From Octopus sinensis (taxonomy: Eukaryota): a DNA stretch of 64,000 bases. Location: assembly GCF_006345805.1 (NCBI RefSeq), contig NC_043001.1, positions 88,226,001-88,290,000 of the forward strand. Reading direction: 5' to 3'. The position numbers and the translations under genes are program-made. The notes under the pieces were generated by a model. The model saw nothing but the letters and a program-made list of their open reading frames with translations, was not told the DNA's origin and ran no database searches. Shown here one piece after another: positions 10,799 to 21,861 of the stretch (position 1 is its first letter; each line of letters opens with the position of its first letter).

Positions 10799-13700
10799 TC
10801 ACAGCATATCTCCAGAGATCTCGGTCCTTCGCCATTGCCTCAGTGAGGCCCAATGCTCTGAGGTCATGCTTGACCACCTCATCCCATGTCTTCCTGGGTC
10901 TACCTCTCCCCCGATACCTTCAACTGTTTGGGAGTGGCACTTCTTCACACATCTCTCTTCATCCATCCGCAGCACATGACCATACCATCGCAAGCGTCGC
11001 TCTTGCACACCACATCTGATGCTTCTTATATCCAGCATTTCTCTCAGGATGCTTACACTCTGTCTTGCGTGTACACTGACACTACACATCCAGCGGATCA
11101 TGCTAGCTTCATTTCTTTCAAGTCTACGCATGTCTTCTGCAGTCACAGCCCAAGTTTCATTACCGTGAAGCATGGCAGTTCGCACACATGCATCATACAA
11201 TCTACCTTTTGCTCTGAGGGAGAGACCTTTTGTTGCCAGTAGGGGTAGGAGCTTTCTGAACTTTGCCCAGGCTATTCGTATTCTAGTGGTGATACTCTCT
11301 GTGCATCCACCTCCGCTACTAACTTGGTCACCCAGGTAGCGGAAACTATCAACTACTTCTAGTTTCTCTCCCTGGAGTGTGATGGAATCTGTTTTCTGAG
11401 TGTCTGTTGTGTCTATTGTCCCTGTGCATCTGCCGCACATGAAAGCTATCTTATCTGTTAATTTCCCTTTAATGTTGCTGCACCTCTTATGTGTCCATAA
11501 CTTACATTGGGTGCATCTTATGGAGTTTCTACCTGTACCTTTCCTACAGGTTGAGCAGGGCCACCTACCCGAGAGGATGTGTGCTGAGTACCTCTTGCTG
11601 CTTACTAATACTTTGGTCTTTGCTACATTTATTCTAAGGCCCTTTGATTCCAACCCTTGCTTCCACACCCAAAATTTCTCTTCTAGTTCCGGTAGTGATT
11701 CTGCTATGAGAGCTTGGTCATCGGCATAGAGGAGCTCCCAGGGGCATCCCGTTTTGAATTCCTCTGTTATTGCCTGAAGGACTATGATGAATAAAAGGGG
11801 ACTGAGGGCTGAGCCCTGGTGCACACCTACTTCTACCCGGAATTCTTCACTATATTCGTTGCCAATCCTAACCTTGCTGACAGCCTCTCTGTATAGAGCC
11901 TGTACAGCCCTTATTAGCCATTCTTCAATCTCCAGTTTCCGCATCGACCACCAGATAAGGGAACGGGGAACCCTGTCAAAGGCTTTCTCCAAGTCTACAA
12001 AAGCTATGTAGAGGGGTTTATCTTTAGCTAGGTACTTCTCCTGCAGTTGTCGGACCAGGAATATAGCATCAGTGGTGCTTCTACCTGGTACAAAACCGAA
12101 CTGCATTTCATCTAAACAAATTCTCTCCCTAATGAGATTGGTTATGACCTTCTCTGAGACCTTCATCACCTGGTCCAACAGTTTGATACCTCTGTAGTTA
12201 TTTCTATCTAGAGCATCACCCTTACCCTTGTAGCAGTTGACTATGGTGCTGCTGCACCAGTCATTGGGTATGACTCCATTGTGAACTACCTGGTTTACAA
12301 TGCGGGTGACTATGGCATAGCCCACATAGCCAGCTGTTTTAAGCATCTCAGCAGTGATTCCTGATAGGCCAGGGGCTTTGCCTGGTTTCATATCCTTAAT
12401 TGCCTTATCTACAAGGGAGCTGTCTATTCGGGTAGCTGGTCCCTCTACTGGGTCAACATTTGGCAGGCTCTCCTCCTCCCATTCATTCTCCTCATTCAGC
12501 AGTCTTTCATAATGGCTTCTCCAAGCCTCTTTCTTTTCACTAGTAGTAAAAGCAAGTGCCCCATCATCCATGCGGACACATTTCTCTCCTATAACATCGC
12601 TATTTTCTCTGACACACTGTCTGGCAATCCGAAATACTTCAGCTCTTTGATCCTCGCGACGCTGGACATTGGCAAACTTCTTCTTTTCTGCTACATCTTT
12701 GGCAATGTATACCTGCCGCCCAGCCTCCCTTTTGGCTATCTGGTACAGTTCCCTGCTGCCCCCATCCTTCCAGGCTTTCCAGGCCCGTCTCTTTTCACAG
12801 ATGGCTTTATCTACTGCACTATTCCACCACCACGTAATTCTAGGTCTGGAAGGGACTTTGCACCATCCACAGACTTGGTCTGTGGCACTCAACAAGCTGT
12901 CCCGTAGGAATTCCCAGCTACCTTCTATGTCTGACGTCTGAAGCTCCTCCTCCCTCTCATCAAATTTCTTGATGAGTATGTCCCTAAATTTCTGACCATG
13001 CGAAGGGTTCTTTAGCCTCCAAATCCTTCTTTTCTGGATTGGTTTGTTTCTTGGAGTCCTTCTGGCCTCAAGCTTAAAGTCACTGATGATTAGTCTATGC
13101 TGAGGGATACATTCTTCACCCAGGAGGGTCTTTGTATTCAAGAGCAACCCTGCATCCCGTTGTCTGGTGAGGATGAAGTCTATTTGGCTAGCGGAGTCTC
13201 CTGACTGATAAGTTATAAGGTGGCAGACTGGCTTCTTGAAGTTAGTGTTGCAGATTGAAAGGTTACATGCATCACAGAATTCCAGCAGTCTAGTTCCCTC
13301 ATCATTTCTGGTGCCAATACCATAGCCACCATGTACCCCAGTGAAGATACCCGATTCCCGCCCAACATGCCCATTAAAATCTCCACCTACAAAGATGAGG
13401 TCCTTGTTACTAGTCTTTGAAGTAGCCTGCAGAAGGGTATCATAAAAGTTGTCCTTCTGATCATTTGGTAGTCTCGCTTGTGGGGCATAGGCTGAGATAA
13501 TCATAGCTGTGCCACTCTGTAGGACCAACCTGAGCTTAAGCACTCTATCACAAACCCTGACAACCTCTATGACCTTATCCACCCATTCCTCCGCAAGGAG
13601 AATGCCTACACCCCCTACACCTTCCGCGTTACCTTGCCAGTAGAGTTTGTACCTAAGTGCCTTGCCCGTGAGGACCCTAGCCGAAGCATCTCTCCATCTT

Positions 13701-13960
13701 ACCTCTTGTATGCAGCATACATCAACCTGTCTTCTCTCTAGCATCTCTACAATCTCACTAGACTTGCCTGTCAATGTACCAACATTGATAGTGCCAACTC
13801 TGAAAACTGGGAAGGAGATGTGGGGGGGACGGGGGGGATTCGGCGCCTGAGAAGAGGAGGGTTGTTGTGGTGGTGATAGTTTTCGTGGTATTTTTCTTTT
13901 GATCTCTCTTCCAACCTGACCACGCCGTGGGCAGGAGCTGGTGTTAGCAGTGGAAATTCG
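10799..13960 (-). CDS. RTE ORF: AP endonuclease, reverse transcriptase and PHD-type finger inserted in RT; one frameshift near the C-terminus
   Basis: RVGTINVGTL, QEVRW, GGDFNGH, SQIDFIL (APE); QFGFVPGRST, FVDLEKAFD, GVHQGS, LYADD, FRYLG (RT). Frame is open upstream to a TAA at 13961-13963. A 1-bp loss near 10920 shifts off GRGRPRKTWDEVVKHDL. Confidence 0.93.
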   Translation of the reverse strand, partial: RISTANTSSCPRRGQVGREIKRKIPRKLSPPQQPSSSQAPNPPRPPHISFPVFRVGTINVGTLTGKSSEIVEMLERRQVDVCCIQEVRWRDASARVLTGKALRYKLYWQGNAEGVGGVGILLAEEWVDKVIEVVRVCDRVLKLRLVLQSGTAMIISAYAPQARLPNDQKDNFYDTLLQATSKTSNKDLIFVGGDFNGHVGRESGIFTGVHGGYGIGTRNDEGTRLLEFCDACNLSICNTNFKKPVCHLITYQSGDSASQIDFILTRQRDAGLLLNTKTLLGEECIPQHRLIISDFKLEARRTPRNKPIQKRRIWRLKNPSHGQKFRDILIKKFDEREEELQTSDIEGSWEFLRDSLLSATDQVCGWCKVPSRPRITWWWNSAVDKAICEKRRAWKAWKDGGSRELYQIAKREAGRQVYIAKDVAEKKKFANVQRREDQRAEVFRIARQCVRENSDVIGEKCVRMDDGALAFTTSEKKEAWRSHYERLLNEENEWEEESLPNVDPVEGPATRIDSSLVDKAIKDMKPGKAPGLSGITAEMLKTAGYVGYAIVTRIVNQVVHNGVIPNDWCSSTIVNCYKGKGDALDRNNYRGIKLLDQVMKVSEKVITNLIRERICLDEMQFGFVPGRSTTDAIFLVRQLQEKYLAKDKPLYIAFVDLEKAFDRVPRSLIWWSMRKLEIEEWLIRAVQALYREAVSKVRIGNEYSEEFRVEVGVHQGSALSPLLFIIVLQAITEEFKTGCPWELLYADDQALIAESLPELEEKFWVWKQGLESKGLRINVAKTKVLVSSKRYSAHILSGRWPCSTCRKGTGRNSIRCTQCKLWTHKRCSNIKGKLTDKIAFMCGRCTGTIDTTDTQKTDSITLQGEKLEVVDSFRYLGDQVSSGGGCTESITTRIRIAWAKFRKLLPLLATKGLSLRAKGRLYDACVRTAMLHGNETWAVTAEDMRRLERNEASMIRWMCSVSVHARQSVSILREMLDIRSIRCGVQERRLRWYGHVLRMDEERCVKKCHSQTVEGIGGEVDPGRHGMRWSSMTSEHWASLRQWRRTEISGDML

Positions 13961-14303
13961 TTATCGTCACTGAGTAACGTAATTAGGTAGAGGAAAGAAA
14001 TACAGATATATTCTAGAGTTGAGTTGGGGAGGGGGGGTCCAGTTGAGGCGGGTAATATAGGGGAGCAACCAGTGGGGAAGGTTGGGGTAAGGAGGAACGA
14101 TGGCAGGAAGGGTTGGTGTAGGTTCGTAAGAAATAAAAACGTAGGATATTACGAGGCGGGAGGGTACTAAAAGGGGATGGTCGGATTGAGGCAGTGTCAG
14201 GAGGAAGCGTAAGATCGGTGGGCAGTTGATGAGCTATGGCGCTAGCAGCTTGTCTTTTCACAGTGAAAGCATATGAGGAGAAGGGGTAGTGGGGGGGAGG
14301 AGG

Positions 14304-14524
14304 GAGTAGGGCGTATCCGGTGTAGATGAGTAGGGCGTATCCGGTGTAGATGGTGAGAACAGGGTATACTGGTATTGGTGGTGGGGGTGAGAACAGTGTT
14401 CACCGGTATTGGTGGTGGCGGTGAGAACAGTGTTCACCGGTATTGGTGGTGGGGGTGAGAACAGTGTTCACCGGTATTGGTGGTGGGGGTGAGAACAATG
14501 TTCATCGGTATTGGTGGTGGGGGT
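14304..14524. repeat. Tandem repeats in the LINE 5' region: 2 x 24 bp (14304-14351) and 5 x 34 bp (14355-14524)
   Basis: Unit gagaacagtgttcaccggtattggtggtgggggt starts at 14355, 14389, 14423, 14457 and 14491. Confidence 0.95.
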
Positions 14525-14903
14525 GGGGGGGGCGGGCGCACCGCCGATGGCGGAAAGATGGGGAAAGATGGGATTACGGCTTGAGGTAGCCTAAGGTTAA
14601 ATTTCGTAGAGAGAGAGATAGGAAAGATAAATCAAGTTATGGCGAAGGCTTGAAAGTAGCCTAAAAGGTTAAATTTTCGTAGTGAGTGAGATGGGTAAGA
14701 CGAATCAAGTTATCAATGTATGAATAAACGTAGTAACAACGAATGAATGTATGTCGCGCTATGTATGGAAAAATAAAAATAGTAAGATGAATTTTTAAGA
14801 ACTTGCTGCGGGCATCGACCGGGAGTTGAAATTGAAGAAGAAAGTAAGTTGAATTGGGAACACACACACATCATATATTGTATATGTGTATGTATATATA
14901 TAG

Positions 14904-14958
<55 letters not shown>

Positions 14959-15499
14959 TAGACAGATAGATAGATAGATAGATAGATAAAACTTACTTGG
15001 AAAAAGATGCCTGGTGTTTGATCATATAATAATATAAATAATATATAAATATATGCATATATACATACATTTATATACATACTTACATATATATTTATAT
15101 ATACATGCATATATGGGTACAGGATATCAAAAAAATGTAGAACACAATGAGAAACGGAAACATAGAAACAAAAACAAGAAAACAACTTTTTTTGAAACAA
15201 CAAAAAAAAACCAGAGAAACGAGACATGCAACATAAAGAATATTCCCCTTCTTCAGTTGTCCTTGTTTCATCTATTCTGCATTTCGAAGGCATATATATA
15301 TATGTGTGTATACATACACACACACACACACACATACACAAACACGCACATACACATGCATACATACACACAAACACACACTCACACAAACATACACATA
15401 TATATATACACACAGTGTGTCAGCTCTTTCTTCTAACTTATTCTTTTCACATTACTTTTCAGCTTAATAAAATAAACTATTAAGTTGACTCAACAAATA

Positions 15500-15810
15500 A
15501 AAAGGCTCACTAAAATTGATGCCTTAAAAGCACATCATAGTGATACAGAGATAGCTTGATTCCTGAAAGGTGCCAGATCCTTTGTTTTCAAAGCTGAGAA
15601 GGAGCTGGAAGCTGATCACAAAGCCCCAACGTTGGTAGTTAAATGCAAAACACATGCATAGGGTCCTAATAAAATCAGAACACATAACTTTGTACAAAGA
15701 GTCCAAGAAATATAGATAAAAAAACCCCCCAGAAAACCAATCAGAGCCATTGCTAGGGACTTGAAGATTTCAAAATGTTCCATCTGAAGAGATGTGCATA
15801 AGGACAGCTG
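15500..15810 (+). mobile_element. DD37D (maT)-type transposase N-terminal fragment
   Basis: Degenerate KAHHSDTEIA*FLKVARS...IRAIARDLKISK, similar to ORF 21632-21841. Confidence 0.65.
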
Positions 15811-16149
15811 GTATGAATTGTGTTTGATGTGGAGGGTCAGTTTATATTGGATGTGACAAGAGAGAATTGTTTAATTTACTTTCAGCTCCTCCTTTTGCTA
15901 AATACATCTGATATCTATCTTTTCTTACTATTTGGTATTGTTCTTTGCTACTCCAACTTCTTCCGGTCTTTCCAGGACATTGTCTTAACCTTTATGGTTC
16001 TATCTACAGAACTATCCCACCACCATCCTTTTGCTGTAACCTTATACCAGCCTAGATCTGGTCTGTCACTCTCTGTAAGTTTTCCCACAAGAGCTTCTTG
16101 TTGTCCTCTATGTTATAATTTTTTTAAAAAATCTACTCTACCTCATCAC

Positions 16150-16600
16150 ATGCACCACTTAATTCATTTCTAAACCTGCTGTTATTTCATAGCGCTACCA
16201 GTTTCTATGTATCCTTTCTCCAAATTGGCTTTTAGCCTCCAAGTCCACCTAATTCTTAAGACCGCTAATCACTAATCTCTGTGGAATGGTACATTCTTCT
16301 CCAGGGAATGACCTAACATTTACAACTGTCTGCTTATCTCATTCCTTGGTGAGAATAAAGTTTGTCCACCTGTGTGTTTATCTGACTGGCTGGAGATCAG
16401 ATGGTAGCCAGTTTCTTGTGTATTACAAATGGTTAAGTCATTTTCATCACAAAACTCTAGGATCCTAAATTTTCTCCTTCTTTCAGCTATCATAATTATA
16501 GCCAATGTATATGCTCAAGAAACCCTTGTGATGATGTTTGAAGTGTCTATTAAGAATTCCCAGTTGTTCATTTTGGAAGCAGATTGCAGAAAGATAATAT
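16150..16600 (-). mobile_element. Decayed RTE endonuclease fragment
   Basis: ILEFCDENDLTICNT matches LLEFCDACNLSICNT of the intact copy. Confidence 0.75.
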
Positions 16601-16749
16601 AAAAGTAGTCATTCTGTTAATATGTCAACCTTGGTTATGGAATATAAGCAAAGATAAATGTCACTGTTACGTTGTCCAAAACTAGGCTATGCGCAGTTAA
16701 TCTGACACTCACAATACGTGTATGAATATGCACACATGCATGTATATGT

Positions 16750-16848
<99 letters not shown>

Positions 16849-17650
16849 TGTGTATTTGTATATGTATGTATGTATGTATGGAAATATATATAGCAAAATT
16901 GAGTTAAGGGAAATAACACAGAATTGGCCAGTGGGAACAAAGGGAAATAAAGATATATTAAATATCATACAAGATAAATTCTTGATGTACTGAGATTATC
17001 TTCACTCTCAGAGAAGGTAAAACAAATGCCTGAAGGCAATTGCAACCAATTTCAAATGAAAAGGGGAGATAATCATAATTGATAATTCTCTGGAAATCTC
17101 TGGAATACATACATGCCATATGTGTGCATATATGTGTTCATGTACATACAAAACATGCAAATATAAGTATGTGTACACATTCACATACACTTGTGTAAAC
17201 TCACATGAATTAAGTTTATTGCTGATACACTTGGGATTCATCTTGAAATCCATGTTTCCATTCAAACAAACCCAAAATGCAAATAGAAAGCATTTTCATG
17301 AAAGAAGATTAAAGTTAGAGCACCCGGTGGGATTTGAACTGACATCTCTTTGTTGATACCTTAGTGTAATTACCAGCCCATACGGCACATCTGCTAGGAT
17401 GAAGACAATCTCAAATGATTGATGTGGGCTTGCATGAAAGCATTATTCGCAACAGCTTGATTCTGTTGAGAATATACAGTTTTGTAATAATTACATCTAG
17501 ACACTGACTGGATGCACGTGTATACATATGTATGTGTGTGTATGTGTGTGTGTGTGTATATATACATACACATATATGATACCTTGTATGTCTATACATG
17601 TATCATACACGCACATATATATATATAAATAATGTATATATATGTATATA

Positions 17651-17682
<32 letters not shown>

Positions 17683-18269
17683 GTGTTGAGTGTTTGAGAT
17701 ACACTAAATGCATACATTTTTAATCTTCTTTGATATACCTACATCATGTCTATAAAATTTCTTTTTGCTTAAATGTATTTACCCCCTCCACACACACACG
17801 CACACACACACATACATGCATACACGCGCGCATACAAGCACCCCCTGACACACACACATACATGCACACACACTCAAAGTTAGTCTTAAGCCCAGAGGTA
17901 CTTTAACCTGGATCTTATCTTGGTTTCTATAGTGTTTATGAGTCTGATAACACAAAACTCCCTTGTGAATGGGATGTCAGTTTATTGCAGTTATTAACTG
18001 CCACTGGTACCTTCTTTTTTAGTTGCATGGATTGCAGCAATGTAAAAGGAATAGCATTGCTCAAGGACACAAAATGTTTCCTGGTTTGGAAATGGAGCTC
18101 ATGACATACTAATGATTTAAACCCCAAAATCCAAATCAATTAAATTCATATCCATACATGTACTTACACACACACACACATGTTAAATGATGATGATTAA
18201 ATGAGGCTGATGATATGTGTGTGTGTGTATACACACACACACACGAATGTATATATATATATACATGCT

Positions 18270-18630
18270 AAATGCTCCACCCCGTCCGATGAACGGTGCT
18301 GAGTTGTCAAACATTTAAGCCAAATCTTTTCAAAACAACTTGTCTGACCATCCCATTTTGTGGCATTATTTCAAGCCAGCTGGCTTTTTTTGTGCAAGCT
18401 GCATGTGCATTTTTCTCGCATATGCATAGTATTGATCACAACAGCTGATGTACTTGAGCATACAAATGCACATTCCCACGGCTTTATCGATCGCATTCTC
18501 ACCTGGAATCGATTTTTGTAATGTTTTCAAGACTTATACACGCCCTGATACCGTCGATATCTACATATCAAATTTGAGCACAATCAGATGGAGGATGCCC
18601 GAGATCCTAGAACACACACACAGAACAGAT
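18270..18630. mobile_element. Microsatellite-flanked interspersed repeat, possibly Helitron-derived
   Basis: CpG-richer island between microsatellites ending gcccgagatcctagaacacac; family recalled from memory only. Confidence 0.3.
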
Positions 18631-18632
18631 TT

Positions 18633-18670
<38 letters not shown>

Positions 18671-18674
<4 letters not shown>

Positions 18675-19246
18675 ATAATAAGGGTAAAATTAATTAATTA
18701 GTAATTAATAATTTTACCAAGTAGTGTTCAGTATGTAAAAGGACCATTTACAGTATATTTAAAACATTACTTTATATAATTAGGGTTCAGTAAAAAGATT
18801 TACTTTACCACACACCGAACTTTTAGAAATAGCAGCCAAAGAATTTAGCTATTTCCTCTACTATAAGAAGAGTCTCCCAGACAATGTATACTCAAAAACA
18901 ATTCACGTAGGTATAGAGGGAAAAATAACGAAAGATCACTCATACATCGATTACTTGAGAACGCCGTTTCTGGGTTAGTTAGATATAGAGATGCTAGAAA
19001 TACATACCTATATCAACATTCCTGTCATAAGCCCAAGATTTCATTAAGTTTAAATTTGATGTAATTGATGTACGAGTGATCTTTCGTTATTTTTCCCTCC
19101 ATACCTACGTGAATTGTTTTTGAGTATACATTGTCTGGGAGACTCTTCTTATAGTAGAGGAAATTGCTAAATTCTTTGGCTGCTATTTCTAAAAGTTCGG
19201 TGTGTGGTAAAGTAAATTTTTTTTACTGAACCCCGATTATATAAAG

Positions 19247-19250
<4 letters not shown>
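18671..19250. mobile_element. (TA)n-embedded fold-back element, arms 18766-18954 / 19061-19250, 106-bp spacer
   Basis: About 190-bp arms with roughly 8 differences by eye; (TA)n on both sides. Confidence 0.9.
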
Positions 19251-19327
<77 letters not shown>

Positions 19328-19584
19328 TATATTGTGCATGCTAATATCAAACAGTGAGAATGTGTGCTCAACACTGCATTGATGAATAAATATTTATTTG
19401 TAGGTTAACAAGGATATCATTGGCTTCATGCCAAGAGAAATTTCTCAGCAATTATCAAGCCTGTAGCATGGAACATTGGATGGAGACGAGTACCAGCATT
19501 CCATGTGTCAGGGTTGATAACTGTTGAGAAATTCTCTCAGCATGAAATCAATGGTAGTCTTGTAAACCTACAAATAAAGTATAT

Positions 19585-19669
<85 letters not shown>

Positions 19670-19670
19670 C

Positions 19671-19720
<50 letters not shown>

Positions 19721-19865
19721 AGAGCAATAAAGATTCAAGTTAATTTAAAAGAATTACTTGAATATGGTACCTAACTTAGATGCACCAAAAAAAACTATAC
19801 TGATTTAACAATACAGTAATGTGGGGTGATTATAAGCGAGAAAGAAGCAACAAGAATGGATAGGT

Positions 19866-19956
19866 TTTTAGTACGATCGTTTCATACAAGGACAGGTTTT
19901 ATTAAAAGTTGCAAAGATTACAGCATATAAACGAGTCCCGTACTCATCAGCTAAAA
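19866..19956 (-). ncRNA. Type I hammerhead ribozyme motif (mirror copy)
   Basis: Reverse complement of 20497-20587. Confidence 0.8.
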
Positions 19957-20496
19957 TACATGTAAGTTCTCTAGACATCCTAGTGTTTGAGGCTATACTC
20001 ATGAAGTAATGTAGATAATTAAACAGATTTCTAAAGTTCATTAAAGTTCTTTAAAGATGATGTACAGTCTTATCACAGAATTTTAAAAAAGTTTTGATAG
20101 CATCACAGACAAGGTGACCTAATCCATATGAATTTCCATAGATATGATGAGGGATTATATACTCACAGAAGACAAATTTATCCATTGTTACTTACAACGA
20201 GGTGGGTCTCAATTCCTGCTTATTAGCTAATAAGCAGGAATTGAGACCCACCTCGTTGTAAGTAACAATGGATAAATTTGTCTTCTGTGAGTATATAATC
20301 CCTCATCATATCTATGGAAATTCATATGGATTAGGTCACCTTGTCTGTGATGCTATCAAAACTTTTTTAAAATTCTGTGATAAGACTGTACATCATCTTT
20401 AAAGAACTTTAATGAACTTTAGAAATCTGTTTAATTATCTACATTACTTCATGAGTATAGCCTCAAACACTAGGATGTCTAGAGAACTTACATGTA

Positions 20497-20587
20497 TTTT
20501 AGCTGATGAGTACGGGACTCGTTTATATGCTGTAATCTTTGCAACTTTTAATAAAACCTGTCCTTGTATGAAACGATCGTACTAAAA
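20497..20587 (+). ncRNA. Type I hammerhead ribozyme motif with palindromic minimal stem III
   Basis: Stem I TTTTAG/CTAAAA; CTGATGA at 20503-20509; stem II GTACGGGAC/GTCCTTGTAT with large loop; GAAAC-GATC-GTA (ACGATCGT palindrome); cleavage after 20581. Confidence 0.82.
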
Positions 20588-20617
20588 ACCTATCCATTCT
20601 TGTTGCTTCTTTCTCGC

Positions 20618-20656
<39 letters not shown>

Positions 20657-20659
<3 letters not shown>

Positions 20660-21860
20660 GGTGAGTAAGATATTTGAGGTCAGATTTATGTTTAAAAAAA
20701 AAAACAAATATATAATAACAGATAATAACTTTATTTATCAAAAAATGCTATGAGTATAAAAAATAAACCTTTTCTATAATGTTATTCAGCTTCAACAATT
20801 GCTTCTATATGAGATCTAAATCATCTACATATTCGAATCAAGTGGTCCTGGTTCATTTTTGACATTACTCTGACAATGGCAGCTTTCAAAGAATCTTTGG
20901 TGTTATGGGCATGTTCATTGACCTCTCTCTCAACAACGTTCCACATGTAATAATCCAATGGATTGAGATCTGGGGAATTAGGAAGCCAAATGTTAGGGGT
21001 TAAGTGATCATGAAAATTTTCAGCCATCCATTCCTGTGTTACTAGAACTATGTGCAATAGTACAAAGTCTTACTGGAACATAAATGGCTTTCCATTGCAT
21101 ACACTGTCTATCCAAGGATTAACAATTATTTCCAGGACCTCAATGTAGATGGCAGAGTTAACCTACAGCCTTATGGAAAGAAAGAAGGCGGCATCACATC
21201 CTTCATTGTTGACAACCCCTAAAACCATGACAGTTGCAGGAAATTTTGTATGCATAACACTTGGAACTTCAGAAGGGTCTGCACATAACCATCTGTCATT
21301 TCTTCTGTTAACTTTTTGATCTTGGTTGAAGTTTTTCTCGTTTGAGAAAAACCAAATCAAATCTTCTTCTGCTGGATTTTTCAGTTTGTTTAAGAGTCTT
21401 TTAGATCTGATGTAGTGATTTTCTTTTGCTTTTTCTGACAAATTGACTTTTCCTCATCATATAAGACTTATATCTGATGTCTTTGTGGACAACATTTCTG
21501 ACTGTTCCTTCTGACACATGGAAATCTTTTGCAATTGACCTCATGGTCTTTCTGGGATTCATGGACTTTTGTAATCAATGGTCTGTTGAATTTGCTGAAT
21601 AAATTCAGGTGTTCTGATGATTTCAGAGCATTTAGAATGCTTTTTTATGCTTTGATACTGGTAATATACTTCCATCTTCAGTCTCTAGTGCCTTACAAAT
21701 TTTGTAGATGAAAGATCTGGCAACTTTTAAAAATCGAGTTATTTCTAAAGCCCTATGCTCAGCCTTTATAACCACAATAACAGCATGCCTCTTCATTTTT
21801 TTAGTAAGCTGAGGGTCTGCCATTATTATTTTTTGACACAAAGATTATTCAGAGTTAACA
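20657..21860 (-). mobile_element. Decayed DD37D (maT) Tc1/mariner transposon
   Basis: TA + CAGGGTG terminus; HTH ORF 21632-21841; WFFSNEK; FQ*D...SPDLNPLD with 37 residues between the 2nd and 3rd Asp (counted). Confidence 0.9.
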
Positions 21861-21861
21861 A

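Larger units (their letters stand above)
10410..14860 (-). mobile_element. Young, near full-length RTE-clade LINE with (GAT)n tail
   Basis: 3' tail (ATC)n at 10408-10430, 3' UTR, long ORF and GC-rich 5' region with tandem repeats; 5' boundary approximate; no TSD callable. Confidence 0.93.
19836..20617. repeat. 782-bp spacer-less palindrome (2 x 391 bp), centre between 20226 and 20227
   Basis: End-coordinate sums agree (19836+20617 = 20226+20227); no mismatch found by eye; centre cttattag|ctaataag. Confidence 0.95.

Noticed and set aside
10462-12941. Plus-strand ORFs overlapping the LINE
   Set aside because: Antisense shadow ORFs of the RTE ORF and its 3' UTR
14355-14524. 34-bp repeats as a CRISPR array
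   Set aside because: Head-to-tail with no spacers, inside a eukaryotic LINE
19836-20617. GIY-YIG or RT coding remnant in the palindrome arms
   Set aside because: No open frame or motif found, so the Penelope assignment rests on ribozyme and architecture only
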